NCBI GenBank assembly: GCA_040285855.1
Contig: JAUFOQ010000001.1
Span: forward strand, 2,604,001-2,668,000
Direction of reading: 5' to 3'
DNA: 64,000 bases
Source: Eukaryota sp. GEM-RC1
Taxonomy: Eukaryota
This document shows positions 12,151-24,435 of this stretch, one piece after another. The notes beneath the pieces are model-generated. The model ran no database searches, had not been told where the DNA came from, and worked only from the letters and a program-made list of their open reading frames with translations. Each line of letters opens with the position of its first letter. The first letter of the stretch is position 1. A program made the position numbers and the translations under genes.

Positions 12151-13169
12151 CATAGTTCGAAATGCGAACGTGTTATTCAGTTGCCGCACGTATTCCGCAC
12201 GTGCGCGTATGGAGTACGGCAGAACACGTGCGAGAATACCGTATTCTTACATAAACACGTGTTGCATTTCTATTACCATATGGTCCATTACATTAGAACA
12301 TTACACTGATCCTTTAAATGGGTTTTATGATTACGAGAACAAACGTAGCTTTTACAAAAAACAATCATCATGGCAAGAAATGGAGAAAAGTTCACCCAAA
12401 TCTTGGTGGGAAATAAATGGCTCGCCAGATAGTATTCTTCGTTCAGTACCAATCAAAATTGTTAGTCAATCGGCTTTTAGTGGTTCTGTCGAGAGAAAAT
12501 TGATTGTGCACTCCATCATTAAATGTTTTTCTTGGTTTTAATCATAGCTGTCCATTACGTCATGACACTCTGTAATGACGTCATGACAAATTAACACTTT
12601 ATGTCATGACAAACGTAACATCGTTAAATCGTTCAACAGGGTAGTTTTTTGACATTTTTGATATACAATCAATAGTAAAGTCTTTGCATAAGACTGTAAT
12701 TTGTTGTATCTGTATTTTGATTTGCTCACATCTATTTTTCAATTATGGGTGTAATGAAGTTGGTGTCATGGACAGCTATGGTTTTAATTTAAAACCAAGA
12801 AACGCAAGAGGATGAAAGCTTCACTCCTGAGTGATTTGGTATTTCTTTACGCCAATCAAAGACTGCAACAGCAGATTATTAAAGTCGCTGAAAAAGATCT
12901 TGCGATCCCCGGAGAAACTGATCAGTTTATTGATGAACCTCAATATGAGGACCATAACATTGTTGCAGATGAACCAGAGGACGGTATTGTTGTGAATCTC
13001 TACCTTAATGAAAAGTTGTAGTTTTTGTTTCATCAATAGTATTTGATAACATAAAATAGGTGCTGGTTAACAAAAAAGAGTATTAAAAAGAAGAATACGT
13101 TGGAATACGGTAAAGAAGCCGCGCGTACGGAGTACGTGACCGAACGTGCCGTACGCATTTCGAACTATG
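12151..13169 (+). mobile_element. Internally deleted hAT element with C-terminal dimerization-domain remnant
   Basis: Perfect 16-bp TIR CATAGTTCGAAATGCG; 8-bp TSD GTTTCAAG (12143-12150 and 13170-13177); SPKSWW..SQSAFSGSVER..KRKRM..DLVFLYAN motif. Confidence 0.9.
12543..12780. mobile_element. hAT-type MITE nested in the 12151-13169 element
   Basis: TIR CATAGCTGTCCAT / ATGGACAGCTATG; 8-bp TSD GTTTTAAT (12535-12542 and 12781-12788); internal TCATGACA repeats. Confidence 0.85.
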
Positions 13170-13834
13170 GTTTCAAGTGATGTGACTAGTATTTTGTAAC
13201 GACCTCTGAGATGAAGCAGAACTTGTTTCAATGGCAGATACTCTTCTCTTTCCGTCCCACCATCCAACTGGCTCCAGATCATAGCTTGCTTTTCCTTCTT
13301 TAATGGAGTCTCTTAGCTCACGTAACACGTCATCACTTTGAAACTCCGCTTTTGATAAGTCTTCTTGTAATTCTCTTTGTTGAACAATGTAGTCTTGGCT
13401 TTCTCCCCCTTCCTTCCTACAACCACGTCTTTAATGATCTTTTACCAGGAGTTGAATAATCTTCTTGAAGTTTAGTCTTCACTGATGATCATTGTAACCA
13501 TACTCTTCAGTATTTGATAGCTTTCTTATACCACGTGGCATCTTCTTCATACTGACTACACTATTGACGTCCCTTCTACTCTTGAGAATGACTTACTATC
13601 TATTCTTTGAAAATTATTTGTTGAGTGGCTTCGATGTTTTTGATCTAATACAATCGTATAAGTGGTTTTCAATCAATCTTATTGATTTCTCTAGTCTAAT
13701 CTTTTGTTTATAATCACCTCTATGATATTCCCGTGGTATTTGTTTTCCCGGGTCTAGGTTTCAAGAAGGGATTGGTATTACTGAGGACTTGCTTGAAGAT
13801 TAACTACAAAGACGATCTAATGTATCAGTGATCT

Positions 13835-14125
13835 GTGAACGCTAACACGTAACACGGCCTGACACGTGTTAGGAATTTTTATCGATTTCTAACACGCAAA
13901 TATCGGTTATCATTTTCGGTTTAAAGATGTGAAAATATCTTTTGTGGTTAATAGAATGAAAGATGCCGTTTTAGAAGTGTCCTACAGGTATCGTAGGGAT
14001 GAATGTGTAGAAGAAATGAGCTATTTATCGCTGAACCAGAAACCAGCAAAAATTCTTGTATCGCAAACACGTAACACGCGGTTTAACACGTGTTAGATTC
14101 GTTTTTTGAACGTGTTAGCGTTCAC
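13835..14125. mobile_element. MITE-like element (copy at 35496-35786)
   Basis: 15-bp inverted repeat GTGAACGCTAACACG / CGTGTTAGCGTTCAC with many internal TAACACG motifs. TSD not resolved. Confidence 0.55.
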
Positions 14126-15063
14126 TTTGTGTCTATCAAAAGCATCGAGATTGAACTTATCTTATGTTCTTTCTTTGATCATCTTCTGTTCTTTAATACC
14201 GGATTGGTGTTATTGTGTCACTATCTTTTCGCTGTTTTTGTTGTTTTTTTTGTTGTTTAATTTTTTTTATCACCGAAAACACGATAATGAAAGTAAGTTT
14301 CATTATTGAATATTTATTATTAAAAATGAAAACAGACAAGAAATTATTCAAGTAAATACGTCACCACCTGTGTTTTGCTTTTAGTGTGAATAAAAGCCAC
14401 AACCACATTTTCTTCATCCACACTCATATCCACAACGATGCCACACTCTGGTACTTCTTGTTCTTTTAGAGCTCTGTGACTCCCCAAACTGAATGCTAGT
14501 GACATTTGCTGACGGCATATACCCAATACACATGTCAAGTGACAATTTCTCCTTGTAAACATTGTTACTCATTCGTCTTTGATTCTGTTTCTTGTATACT
14601 AAACAACTAGTGTATCTTCTGCAATTTATTTTGATTAAAGTTGATAATTTCTACGTTTCCGTGATGTGGTGCCCTTTTGCCTAATTTTCTTGCAGGCTCT
14701 GGCAGTTTGATCTGTTGTTTTTGCCTACGTGCCAAAATTTCTCTTCTCAGCCAGGCAATCAGTGTGCATCTTCGTTGGCTATTTGTTCCGTTATCAAGAC
14801 ATCAAGACATCATAATTCCAGTCAAACAGACCTACGCGTACTCTTTAATGTTTTGTCAATCCACTGCTTTGCACTTGTCGCCAAACTTGCAAGTATTGAG
14901 ATAGTGAGAACCTTGATTGTTCTAATTTTTCCATCAATCTGTAATTGGTATTGTATTTTTCCATACTTTGGAATTATGTACTTGGTACATAACTCTGTTG
15001 TAACAGAGTTGTTGTTGAGAAGATTCCTTAAATTAGCAGACTCTGTGCTTGATTGGTTCAACA

Positions 15064-15924
15064 CAGTGATCGTCAAACCGTAAAATAAAAATAGCGTATT
15101 TACGGTTTTACCGTAAATATGGTACGGTACCAACTACTGCTTTCCGTAAAATAGAGTTTGCCGTAAAATACGGAAATTATTTACGGTAAAACATTTCCGT
15201 AAAATATGTATTTTTCCGTAACCAATGCCAAGACGACTTCTTAAACACTTCTTTACGAAGCTGGCAGACCCTCCACAGCCTCACAGGAACCATTCTGTAA
15301 TCTCTTCCGACTGCTACAAGTGCAAGTGCTGTCGACCCATTGTTGTCACTTGGCTTAAGAAGGGAAAGGGATATCAGAACTAGACAGCCTTCAGCAGGAA
15401 CTGACTACATAAGCTTACGATTCATTCCTGCTGCATCGAATGAAGCAGAACGGCTGTTTTCACAGGCTAAGAGAGCGATTGGTTCTCAGCGTCGCCGTTT
15501 GAAATGGAGTTTACTAGAACAACAATTGTTCCTCTCATATAACAGAAAGTATTAGGACAAGTACTTAGTCGAAAACATACTGCAGCGGTTCCCAAATGAT
15601 GACGATGAGAATGACGAATCTGACATCAATGAATTGGACATCGATGATATTTAGAAGACAAGAGGAATGTATTGTTGAAATAAATATGATATTGAACATT
15701 AAGAAATTATTACTACAAACAAACTAGAACAAACATTATCATATCAATTCTTGTTGTAGTCAATCCAAAAATAAATTTACGGTGAAATAAGGTTCCGTAT
15801 TGCAATTATTTACGGAAAGTAATAATGTTACCGTAAAATATATCGTTCCGTAAAATACGGAAATTATTTACGGAGTTATCTGAAAAGTTACCGTATTTAC
15901 GGTTTTATATTTTGACGATCACTG
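15064..15924 (+). mobile_element. Internally deleted hAT element
   Basis: TIR CAGTGATCGTCAAA / TTTGACGATCACTG; 8-bp TSD GTTCAACA (15056-15063 and 15925-15932); CCGTAAA subterminal repeats; dimerization motif FIPAASNEAERLFSQAK..RRRL..LEQQLFL. Confidence 0.9.
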
Positions 15925-16879
15925 GTTCAACATATCCAATCTTTCTTGCATTAATGGTTGATTGTACCACCATTGACTTGACGGATTTCTTGATGGCATC
16001 ATACGCCAATTGTAACGAAGAGCAGTGGCCTGAGATTCCAAATCTCTCATCTTGGTTCTGAATACTTCTTTCGTATTCAATTCAGCTAGCAACTCAGAAG
16101 CACTTTCTACAACACTGTCTAAAGTTAGAACTCTTAACTCGACATACACGAGATTCCAGTTTGTCGGAAACCCATTCCCTCTTTTCTTCTGATTTGTCTT
16201 TGCTGAATTATCGTATAACATTCTGCGTTGATTCTATTGGAAGACGGTGCTAGATGTATTAGTTAGTGGCTTAGTAATGTCGCTGAATAATCCGTGTGAA
16301 TGTCATACTGGTTTGAAATTAAGATTTGATCTATAAATAAGAAGACATTGATGTCAAAACGAGGTTTACGGTAAAGAAAACAGGCATATATGATACAAAT
16401 ATACATACAAACACAGCCTCCATTCTACTGGTGTGATATAGAAAGTGCTTGTAAATGAATCGTAAGGAATAGCGGACTTATGTTCACGTGGTCAATAAGA
16501 AAGACATTCCAGACTTAAATGCAATATGTAGGATGTAAAACGGTGTGAATTATGCAGAAACAAAGTTCAATGTGGATTGGGTGTGGATAAGTGAGATTAT
16601 CCATTTGAAATGAAAATGACAGACGCTAGAGTTGAATTTCCTGGAAGAAAGAAGTTCCTGTCAGGATTAAGGCAGACAGTGGCTTGAACCATTACAAAGA
16701 TCCAAGTACACGTACATTTTCGTCACCAATAAATGACAATGTTTTTTTGTTGTCAATATTAAATTTGAAATGACTTTCATCAAGTACTGGTACGCCTTTT
16801 GAACGATTCATTTCTCTTGATGGATGTGTTGTCAGCAACAAAAATCCAGCTGTTTGGATAATTAGTGTTAGTGGTTCTC

Positions 16880-17165
16880 CATGAATGTCGTTGGTTATTA
16901 AGCTTACGGGTGGACCTGACATCAAAGTTGATGGTCCCTGTAGTATCTTTTAAAACGCATCTGAAAAGTTGTCTAATTCAAAACTTTTCTGACAATGAGC
17001 CTCAAAAAGTGTATCGTAATGAAAAGATATGTATAATGAACTTAAGGATTTTTCTCGAATACTTTGAAGAATTATGAGTCAACCAAATGCCAAGCAGAGA
17101 TCGACAGCAGCTGTTCGTTTTTGCAAAACTACGTCAAACTAGCCACAAATTGACCCTCGTGTAAG
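16880..17165 (+). pseudogene. Tc1/mariner/pogo-like DDE transposase relic (copy 37072-37330)
   Basis: MSLVIKLTGG..CIIFQN..NG.IN..IFPEYF resembles the neighbouring minus-strand relic (VVRLTGG..LIIFK). Confidence 0.45.
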
Positions 17166-17232
17166 GCAAAGCAACTTGTTGAAGAAGTTAACAGCAAAAG
17201 AAATAAAAATGGTATTTCTTTTGCTCGTGTAG

Positions 17233-17754
17233 CTATGATGCGATGTGGTCTGAAATTGGTTGATGAAAGACAATGGTCTGTTTGACAATTAAATTTCTAT
17301 TCAAATTGGGATCAGAAAAATAATGAGCTAAAACTTTCTTCGTCATAAATGCATTCTTTGCCGTTGTGTGAAACACATGTATCATATCATTGATTCCACG
17401 AATTGTGCCGCGTTCTTGAGTCGCTTTGAAGATAATGAGTGTTGGAGCAATTTTGCCTCTCAAACCACCAGTTAAACGAACAACCGTAGTGAAACCAACA
17501 GTACCAGAAACAACATCTAAGTACTTGATCTTTTTACTTTTCTTGACAGCACGAGTGTTGCCTGTTTCAGCGTTTAAAATAAAATGTGTTTCGTCGAAAT
17601 TTTCAATAAGACAGTCATCAATTTCCTCTTGCTCAAACATCTTTTTCAATTTGCCCAAAAACGTGGCCACACTTTGTTCAATTTCTTCAGTTTTCTCATC
17701 GGTTAAGGCCAGTTTTCCTTTTTGCTTTCTTATTACAATGTTGTTTTTCACCAC
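17233..17754 (-). pseudogene. Tc1/mariner/pogo-like DDE transposase fragment
   Basis: IENFDETHF..KYLDVVSG..TVVRLTGG..LIIFK..AFMT; the first catalytic Asp motif (N.DET) is present; truncated. Confidence 0.7.
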
Positions 17755-19249
17755 AAAATTTTGGATCTAGGCATCATTGAGCTTTTTATGTATTGGATTA
17801 ATTTCATTTGTCACAAAAGAATCTATTTGGTGCATTGCTTCTAACAGATCGTTCTGAGCCGAAAATTGGGATCTTGTTAAAACTGAAGAATTTTCTTCAA
17901 TCCTACGATTTTAAATGATTCCAGATACGTCACTTGATTGGCAATATTGTGAGCATATTTCTGCTCTTCAGGAAGGACACTTCGATTAACGTAATCAATT
18001 GTTTTGAGAAATTCTGGAAGTTGACTTCGACATTTTTACATTATAAAGCTTCTCAGGTGGGTATTTGACGGATTCCTTATCTCTTACAATTACCTCTACA
18101 AATAGTGTTTTCTGAAATGAAGTACACTTTGAAGATCCTAATAACAAACACCATGTGAATTAGTCATGTATTGATTGTGATGTGATATTGCATTAGCCAA
18201 ATAATTATCACGGTATCTTACAATAGTGGGATAGATCTGGACAATCGAATTGAATTGGTCTAGAGCGAAGTTACGTACAATAGTCAACACTGTTATTTGA
18301 TAGCTCCTCTGTGTCAATTTATGTTCTATACTTTTAGTAACTACGCAAGAAATACACTGTACATGATTCAGAGTTACGGGAAACACTATGGGCGATGTCC
18401 TTCTTTTTAATTGAACTGTTGCAAATGCACTATATGTGGCTAGTATGAATACTCTTTTACAGTGATACCAATTTCTTGTATAACGTGTGGTGTATAATTC
18501 TTACGCTGGTAGTATTTGATTGAATTTCCTTTCTGTTGGTACTCTTTTAGTGTCAGTAAGAGTTGAAATTTTAAGTAGGATGATTCGCTTACATTTAAAA
18601 AGGACAAAGCACCAGAATTTCAGAAACGGTACTAAATTTGGGGTTTTTCGGAGAACAACTTAATTAGTTAAGACATTCATCCAGTAGTGTTCCAAAAAAC
18701 CATTCCTAGTAGACAACAAACAAAAGCAGATGAATTTGGTCAGAATCTCATTAAATGATGTACTCTGAATAGAACAAAGAGTTAATGAAATACCAGTAGT
18801 TATGGTGACTAATTATGGCTACACATTCCAGATCCCGTCCAAAACCCTTAATTTACAGCTAGAATTGATGTAAAGAAGACTTACTGCAACATGATTTGAA
18901 AGAGTTGAAGTTGTGAAAATAATGACTAAAAGCAAGAATTCTCTCCAATTGCACACAATGTGTACACGCAATTTGTGTCCAATTAGATATGTGATACTGT
19001 ATCATAATACTTGCTGCAGTTACTACCCAAAGACAGTGAAATACACTTGTTACATTAAAATAAAAACTATTGGTAAAAGAACTTTGTTACTGTTTGCTGT
19101 TTTTAGTTCTTCAGATAAAAGCGGAACTTGATCTAAGAGAAATACTTTGGATGGATAAGATGTGGGAAATATAGCTGTTGATTTCTCATAGTCTTTGTAT
19201 TGAAAATCACTAACGTTTCCAAAGGGATTCTTTTCAGCACATGAGGGGA

Positions 19250-19660
19250 ATAATCTATAAAGTAGATAATTACATGAGTTTCTAGCTCCTTCGACATGGA
19301 CAAGTTCTAGGTCTAAGTTTGCCAATACGGGAATCCAATGGGTTACGATCCAGCTTCTTTCGGGGTGATCGAAGAGAAAAACTAAGTTCTCGTGATCACA
19401 AAAAGGATGATCTTTTTAGAAAGTAGGTAGGCAGTCAAGTTGGGTTGAAAAAAAGTGGAGAAGATGGTGAAGAGCTCTTTCTGGATAATTGACCGGTTGG
19501 CCTGATAGTCTGACAGCGTTTTGCTAAAGAAAGAAATAGGGGCAAGTACATGTAGTTGATCTTCGAGTGGACTATGAGGACCGCTATCATCCATTTTTTT
19601 CAGACGACTTCAGAGACAGCTGTTTTTGAGAGATCTGTTGATGTCGAATATTTTCATTAT
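19250..19660 (-). pseudogene. Ty3/Gypsy RNase H relic (copy ~40050-40440)
   Basis: PISFFSKTLSDYQANRSIIQKELFTI..DH.NL..W..LANLDLELVHVEGARN; the second copy shows a T(D/N)AS..AISGAIW-like upstream motif. Confidence 0.75.
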
Positions 19661-20079
19661 TAATTTCCAGTGTCGACTACACACTGACGTAATAAGCACC
19701 ACATTAATGATACAAACTGATTAGTTTTGGAGGTGGTATGTAACTGCAATATTGTCGGAAAACGTCTTGTTTTTCCTCAGTGGCATTGTTGTGAATAGCC
19801 AGCAATGCAGCTCCAAGTTAATTCTATAAATTAAGTGAAACGGTACATGATAAATCATAACCATGGAAATACGGATATTTCTTTTGATTATCTGGATGAA
19901 GTTTATACTTCTTCACATTGGTTAGTTAGAGTCTATGCTTTAAGACCTGAATCAGAATGGGAATAATTTGAATTTATAAATTTCTTTATGTATTGATAGA
20001 AATAATTTTAGGATTGCATGTGATACGTCATTACTTCTTCACTCTATTTTGGAAATATTCTTTGAAATTGTTCAATGTA

Positions 20080-21066
20080 CAGTCTACCCTCCCAATATGA
20101 CCAGGTGTCGGACCAGTCTTATTGGGAGGGTGGACTTATTCGAGGGTTTGGTTTTTATAGAATGAACAGCGATCGTCGATCGTTTATAACAAATAAAACA
20201 ACAAGCTAAGACAACCGTGCATCTATTGAAGGGAGAATTGGAGCTGGATCTATCACCAGTTATGAGAACAGATGTTTGGGGAAAAACAAGGAGACATTGT
20301 GACAATTTTGATGAATATGAACTGCTACAGAGAGTTTGACCACTGCTTTCAGCTTTTATCAACAGATAACAACTATAGAGAGAAAGTGTAAAGGCTAAGA
20401 TCACCAAAGCAATGATCTTGTACAGGATTTCAGATCGCGATAAAAGGAAGGCAATAGCTTTCAAAGCGCCTATCTAGGGAGATGATGAAGTGCTGTGACT
20501 CACAGCAAGCGGATAAGCGTAATTTGGAGGAAAAAATGTTCACCAACATTCAAATAGGAGAGAACTATGAACGTACGAGTGCACAATAGAATTTCTGGTG
20601 ATTGTGATGAAGGAGGAATGCTGAAAAGGCGTTACTGAGGGGAAGTGACTGTTTTTGAGAGAGCTTCTCTCTCAACACAATTTTCCTCCACATACAAGAC
20701 CAAAACATTGTTTGACATGATCTAAAGTGGTTCGAGGGGGAGGAGATTATGAGAAATAAGATCAGACCAGAACACATGAGATTGTCTTAGCCAAGTGATA
20801 ATTAACAACACGTGAGCCATCAAAGATGTTGTATCAATAGGATATAGATATGTGAAGTCAAAAATGTGAGTTTTGTTATGAAAACCATCAAAAACATGAT
20901 CGAAAGAGATCACGATAATGTTGACACCGAAGATACGAAAAAGGAAACATGTTTATTTGGAGTAAGGGAATCGGTTAAGGGAAGACAAAAAGTCGAACAG
21001 TGAAAATTTGGTCATAATGGGAGGGTGGACTTATTCAGAGGGAGGTCATATTGGGAGGGTAGACTG
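20080..21066. mobile_element. Non-autonomous Tc1/mariner/pogo-type element
   Basis: Perfect 23-bp TIR CAGTCTACCCTCCCAATATGACC; TA TSD; empty paralogous site CAATGTATGTCA at ~47409-47420. Confidence 0.9.
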
Positions 21067-21661
21067 TATGTCATAAGTTGATAGATTAATGTTAAAGAGT
21101 ATTAATTCATAGTTTATACCTGCTTATCAAAGGCTTTGTCGCTGTAATGGAAGCAAATGAATAATAGCAAACTATTAATGGTTCTAGTGTCGAAGTTGTC
21201 TTTGTTTCTTTTGTTTTCAATGATACTGGACGCCTTTTGGTTTTCATTTGTAAAAAATTTTTAGCTTTCGTCGTAATTTAAGTTCACTTAGAAATAATAC
21301 AAATTTAAAAGTTCATCTTTTATGTGCTATTACACAGATACAATGAATTCAGGTGAATTTTAGTTTTTAATGTTCCCTTTATAGCTGTTTAAAACAATTC
21401 ATACATAACCAAAAAGCAGCATAAATAACGTTTAGTAATCAGAAATGAAACAAAAGTGCTAATCAAGAGATACTTCACGTATTCCTGTCATGTTGAAACT
21501 AAATGATAATAGTTTTCGATCTAATACTTTATTAAAAGCAAGTTCATCAACACTTGTACTGATGTCAACTTCTAGAAGTAAAAGTCTTCTATATTAGTGT
21601 CATCATCCATAGATTTGAATCACTATTTCAAATGAGGAAACTTACATAAACGTTATCAACT

Positions 21662-23212
21662 TTATTCAACGATTTCAAGTACGTGATTACTCCAAAATAA
21701 CCTAGCAAATGGATAATAATTACCACTACTTAATCTGGGAAGAGTTCCAGTAAGATTAATTGAAGAATTACTAGTAGATTTGATTGTTAAAGTGTGGTTA
21801 ATGAGATTTACATTGATTTCGAGTAATTCACCAGGATTCCACTGAGTTTTGTTTCCTAAGAGACAACCCCAAACACTACCACTATTGGAGAAACAGTGAG
21901 CATTCCCCCAACAATCACCATCAACACTAAACTGTGACTCGTCAATGACTCCAACAATAAGACCACTAGTATGCCCCTGGTACCTCATCTTCCAAGTATA
22001 CTCATTACCTGGAAGAAGTGGATCTTCTCCCAAAATATTTCTAGTCACAATACCACTGCTTCCAACAACAACTCTCTTTCTATCCCCACTAACTTGTAAC
22101 TGAGAATGTTTCTTAGTTGGGCAGAATCTAATCACTTTTGATTGAGGAACTGATTGAGACACCACTTGAGTTTCTGCCGCTGTCTTTTTAAGTTGTTCAT
22201 TTTCTTGTTTTAGTTTAGCAATTTCGTTAGAATTTATACTAGTTAAATTCTGAATATCAGTTGTTAAACTGGAAATTTGCACGGATAAATCAGAATTGTT
22301 TGCCTTCAATTGCGAGTTTTCTATCTTCAAATCATGAATTTCCGTTGTTAAATCAGTAGTAAGTGTGTTTAAGTCAGAATTGTTGCTTTCTAAATCCGAA
22401 CATTTGGTAGTTAATTCAGAAATTTGAATGTTCAAATCAGAAAGTTTCTTCACCAACGAGTCAAAATAAAGATTCTTAACTCTTGTAAACAAAAACTTCA
22501 TCAAATCGGCTTCCAATTCTTTAACATCTTTTAAAGGAACAAACAGAAAATGATCCCATTGTTGAAAAGAAAAGGCTTCAATTGAAGAAGAATTTAAAAC
22601 ATTTAAAAATTCATTCAAATCAAAACTTTGATTCAAAATTGATTCCACCATTGATTTGACGAACCACGATTGTGATTGAGTGGAAGTGCAGTATTTTGAA
22701 AGTGTTTGTAACCCTTCAGTAGTGATTGCCATCACGTCATCAATCACAAGGTCGTCAATCTTGGAAAAGAAAGGACCAACGAATTCCAGAGCTCTCAAGT
22801 CACTTCTTTCATCTGCTTCTTTAATGAATGGTTTTAGCCAAGCCCAGGTCATGAGATTAGTGTTGAGGTGGTTTTCCACTTGTACTATCAGTTTGTCCAC
22901 TTGGAAGTAGTGGACAAGGTAGTAGAAGTCGTAGGCATTGTTTTCATTGAGAGTGAAAGATTGTCCGAAAAAGGACTTGATGAAGGCAAGAAAGTTGTTG
23001 GAATCAACAGGGAGATGGGAGAAGTCGATTGGGTTTTCGTCTCTATCACCAAACTCCAAGAACCAAAGAGACCGAAAGTATGTAGAATGAGCAGCAAGGA
23101 TGATTCTGTGTACTTCAATAGACTCTTCTCCAAATGTAATGGTTTGGTTGCAGAGGGCAGGTTCATCGAGGATGATGGAAAGAGTTTCTGTTGGAGGAAT
23201 GGAAAACGACAT
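21662..23212 (-). CDS. BTB/POZ + coiled-coil + SPRY/B30.2-like protein, family A copy 2 (intact, 516 aa)
   Basis: BTB motif EVHRIILAAHSTYFRSLW..YYLVHYFQVDKL; heptad-rich middle; C-terminal YTWK..VGVIDE..GELLEINVNL..YYPF. Start set at MSFS by comparison with paralogs. Confidence 0.9.
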   Translation of the reverse strand: MSFSIPPTETLSIILDEPALCNQTITFGEESIEVHRIILAAHSTYFRSLWFLEFGDRDENPIDFSHLPVDSNNFLAFIKSFFGQSFTLNENNAYDFYYLVHYFQVDKLIVQVENHLNTNLMTWAWLKPFIKEADERSDLRALEFVGPFFSKIDDLVIDDVMAITTEGLQTLSKYCTSTQSQSWFVKSMVESILNQSFDLNEFLNVLNSSSIEAFSFQQWDHFLFVPLKDVKELEADLMKFLFTRVKNLYFDSLVKKLSDLNIQISELTTKCSDLESNNSDLNTLTTDLTTEIHDLKIENSQLKANNSDLSVQISSLTTDIQNLTSINSNEIAKLKQENEQLKKTAAETQVVSQSVPQSKVIRFCPTKKHSQLQVSGDRKRVVVGSSGIVTRNILGEDPLLPGNEYTWKMRYQGHTSGLIVGVIDESQFSVDGDCWGNAHCFSNSGSVWGCLLGNKTQWNPGELLEINVNLINHTLTIKSTSNSSINLTGTLPRLSSGNYYPFARLFWSNHVLEIVE

Positions 23213-23639
23213 CAGAAGTAAAGTCAAAGGAGACAAGAAATTGGTTCTTTTCGGATTTACAATGAATACAATACTGGTAGATATCAGTTCTACAACGTCG
23301 TCTAAATGACTAAGCATCGACCGAGTATAACCCCAAAGGGACACGCCCATATATGTTGCTTTTGACCTAGAAATGCAGAGAACATACAATAATATGAATG
23401 CAATTAAGGTGGCATTTTATAACAATTATTTTCTTACAGCATTATTTCACTTGAACAACTTATCTAAATGTGATAGTCTAATTATAATAGAATCTATTAT
23501 AATAAGACTATCACATTACGTCTTAGTTCGGCCAAGGGAAAAAATCCAGCTTTCGCTAATTTCTTAATTGATTTAAAGGAGAGTTCTGCTGTGGCATTAA
23601 TTAATCAAATTCCACAAGTATATGGTTTATTATTAAATG

Positions 23640-24435
23640 ATCATCAATGGACCACTACAATAAGACTTCGTTGTTATTTATGGCCATATTTTTGCCAAAT
23701 GATCTTCAAAGTAGCTGTGGAAAACAATTAACGTTTTCTCATTTGTTAAGTTGTAATCGCTACATAACGTATCGAACGTGTATGCATGATGATGTAAGAG
23801 ATCAAATACATGGTATGTGTAAGTCTTACAAAATTTCATTTGTTGAACCACTTCTAAGATCTTTAGAACCAAATAATAATTGTAATGTCGAAAAACAGAA
23901 CCAATTTTTTTTTGGTAAACGGAGAGCCTATGTTGTTGTCCCTTCTTCTTCAACACATGGTTGGTTGTTGATGTAGTGTCAGTGGATGTTTGTAAAAAGA
24001 CATCTTGAAAGAATGCTTACTCTGAAATTTCCCCTTTAGACATTTCTGAACAAGCAAAACAGGATGAGTACAAGAAACCATTGATGGCTTTAAAACATGT
24101 TAAACATGTTGAATACGAATTATGCCCTTTTGCTGTTTCCAATTTACGGACGTTTAGGAAAAAGTGCATTGAATTTTTAAACCGGTTTCGGAAAAATCGT
24201 GAAAAAATAGGATGAACAAACGTTTTGATCATATGTCATGGTTGAATCGTATCGTTTCTACGGTTTTTAAAGCAATTCCCCTAATCATCTCCAAAGCTTT
24301 ATTAGCAGTGAGTTCCTTTCATGAAGACAAAGCTGTTATGAGATTTGATAGCGACGGGTGTTGTTTAAATGATATCAAATTTTAGTTGTTTGATTTATAA
24401 CATTTTTAATAAATAATCTTTACTTGAAAAAAATT
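23640..24435 (+). pseudogene. 3' fragment of an RLE-type (CRE/R2-like) non-LTR retrotransposon
   Basis: CGKQLTFSHLLSC..MHDDVRDQI..EP..GKRRA..VVDVVSVDVC..CPFAVS.YG..GK.AL (Zn knuckle plus restriction-like endonuclease); ends in AATAAA and a short A tail. Confidence 0.65.

Noticed and set aside
22680..23309. Antisense ORFs over the BTB genes and repeated short ORFs such as 8384/24682 and 54111/56165
   Set aside because: Their recurrence is explained by DNA duplication; no independent coding evidence.
23213..23389. 59-aa N-terminal extension of BTB copy 2
   Set aside because: The frame is broken or absent in copies 1, 3 and 4; the shared start is MSFS.
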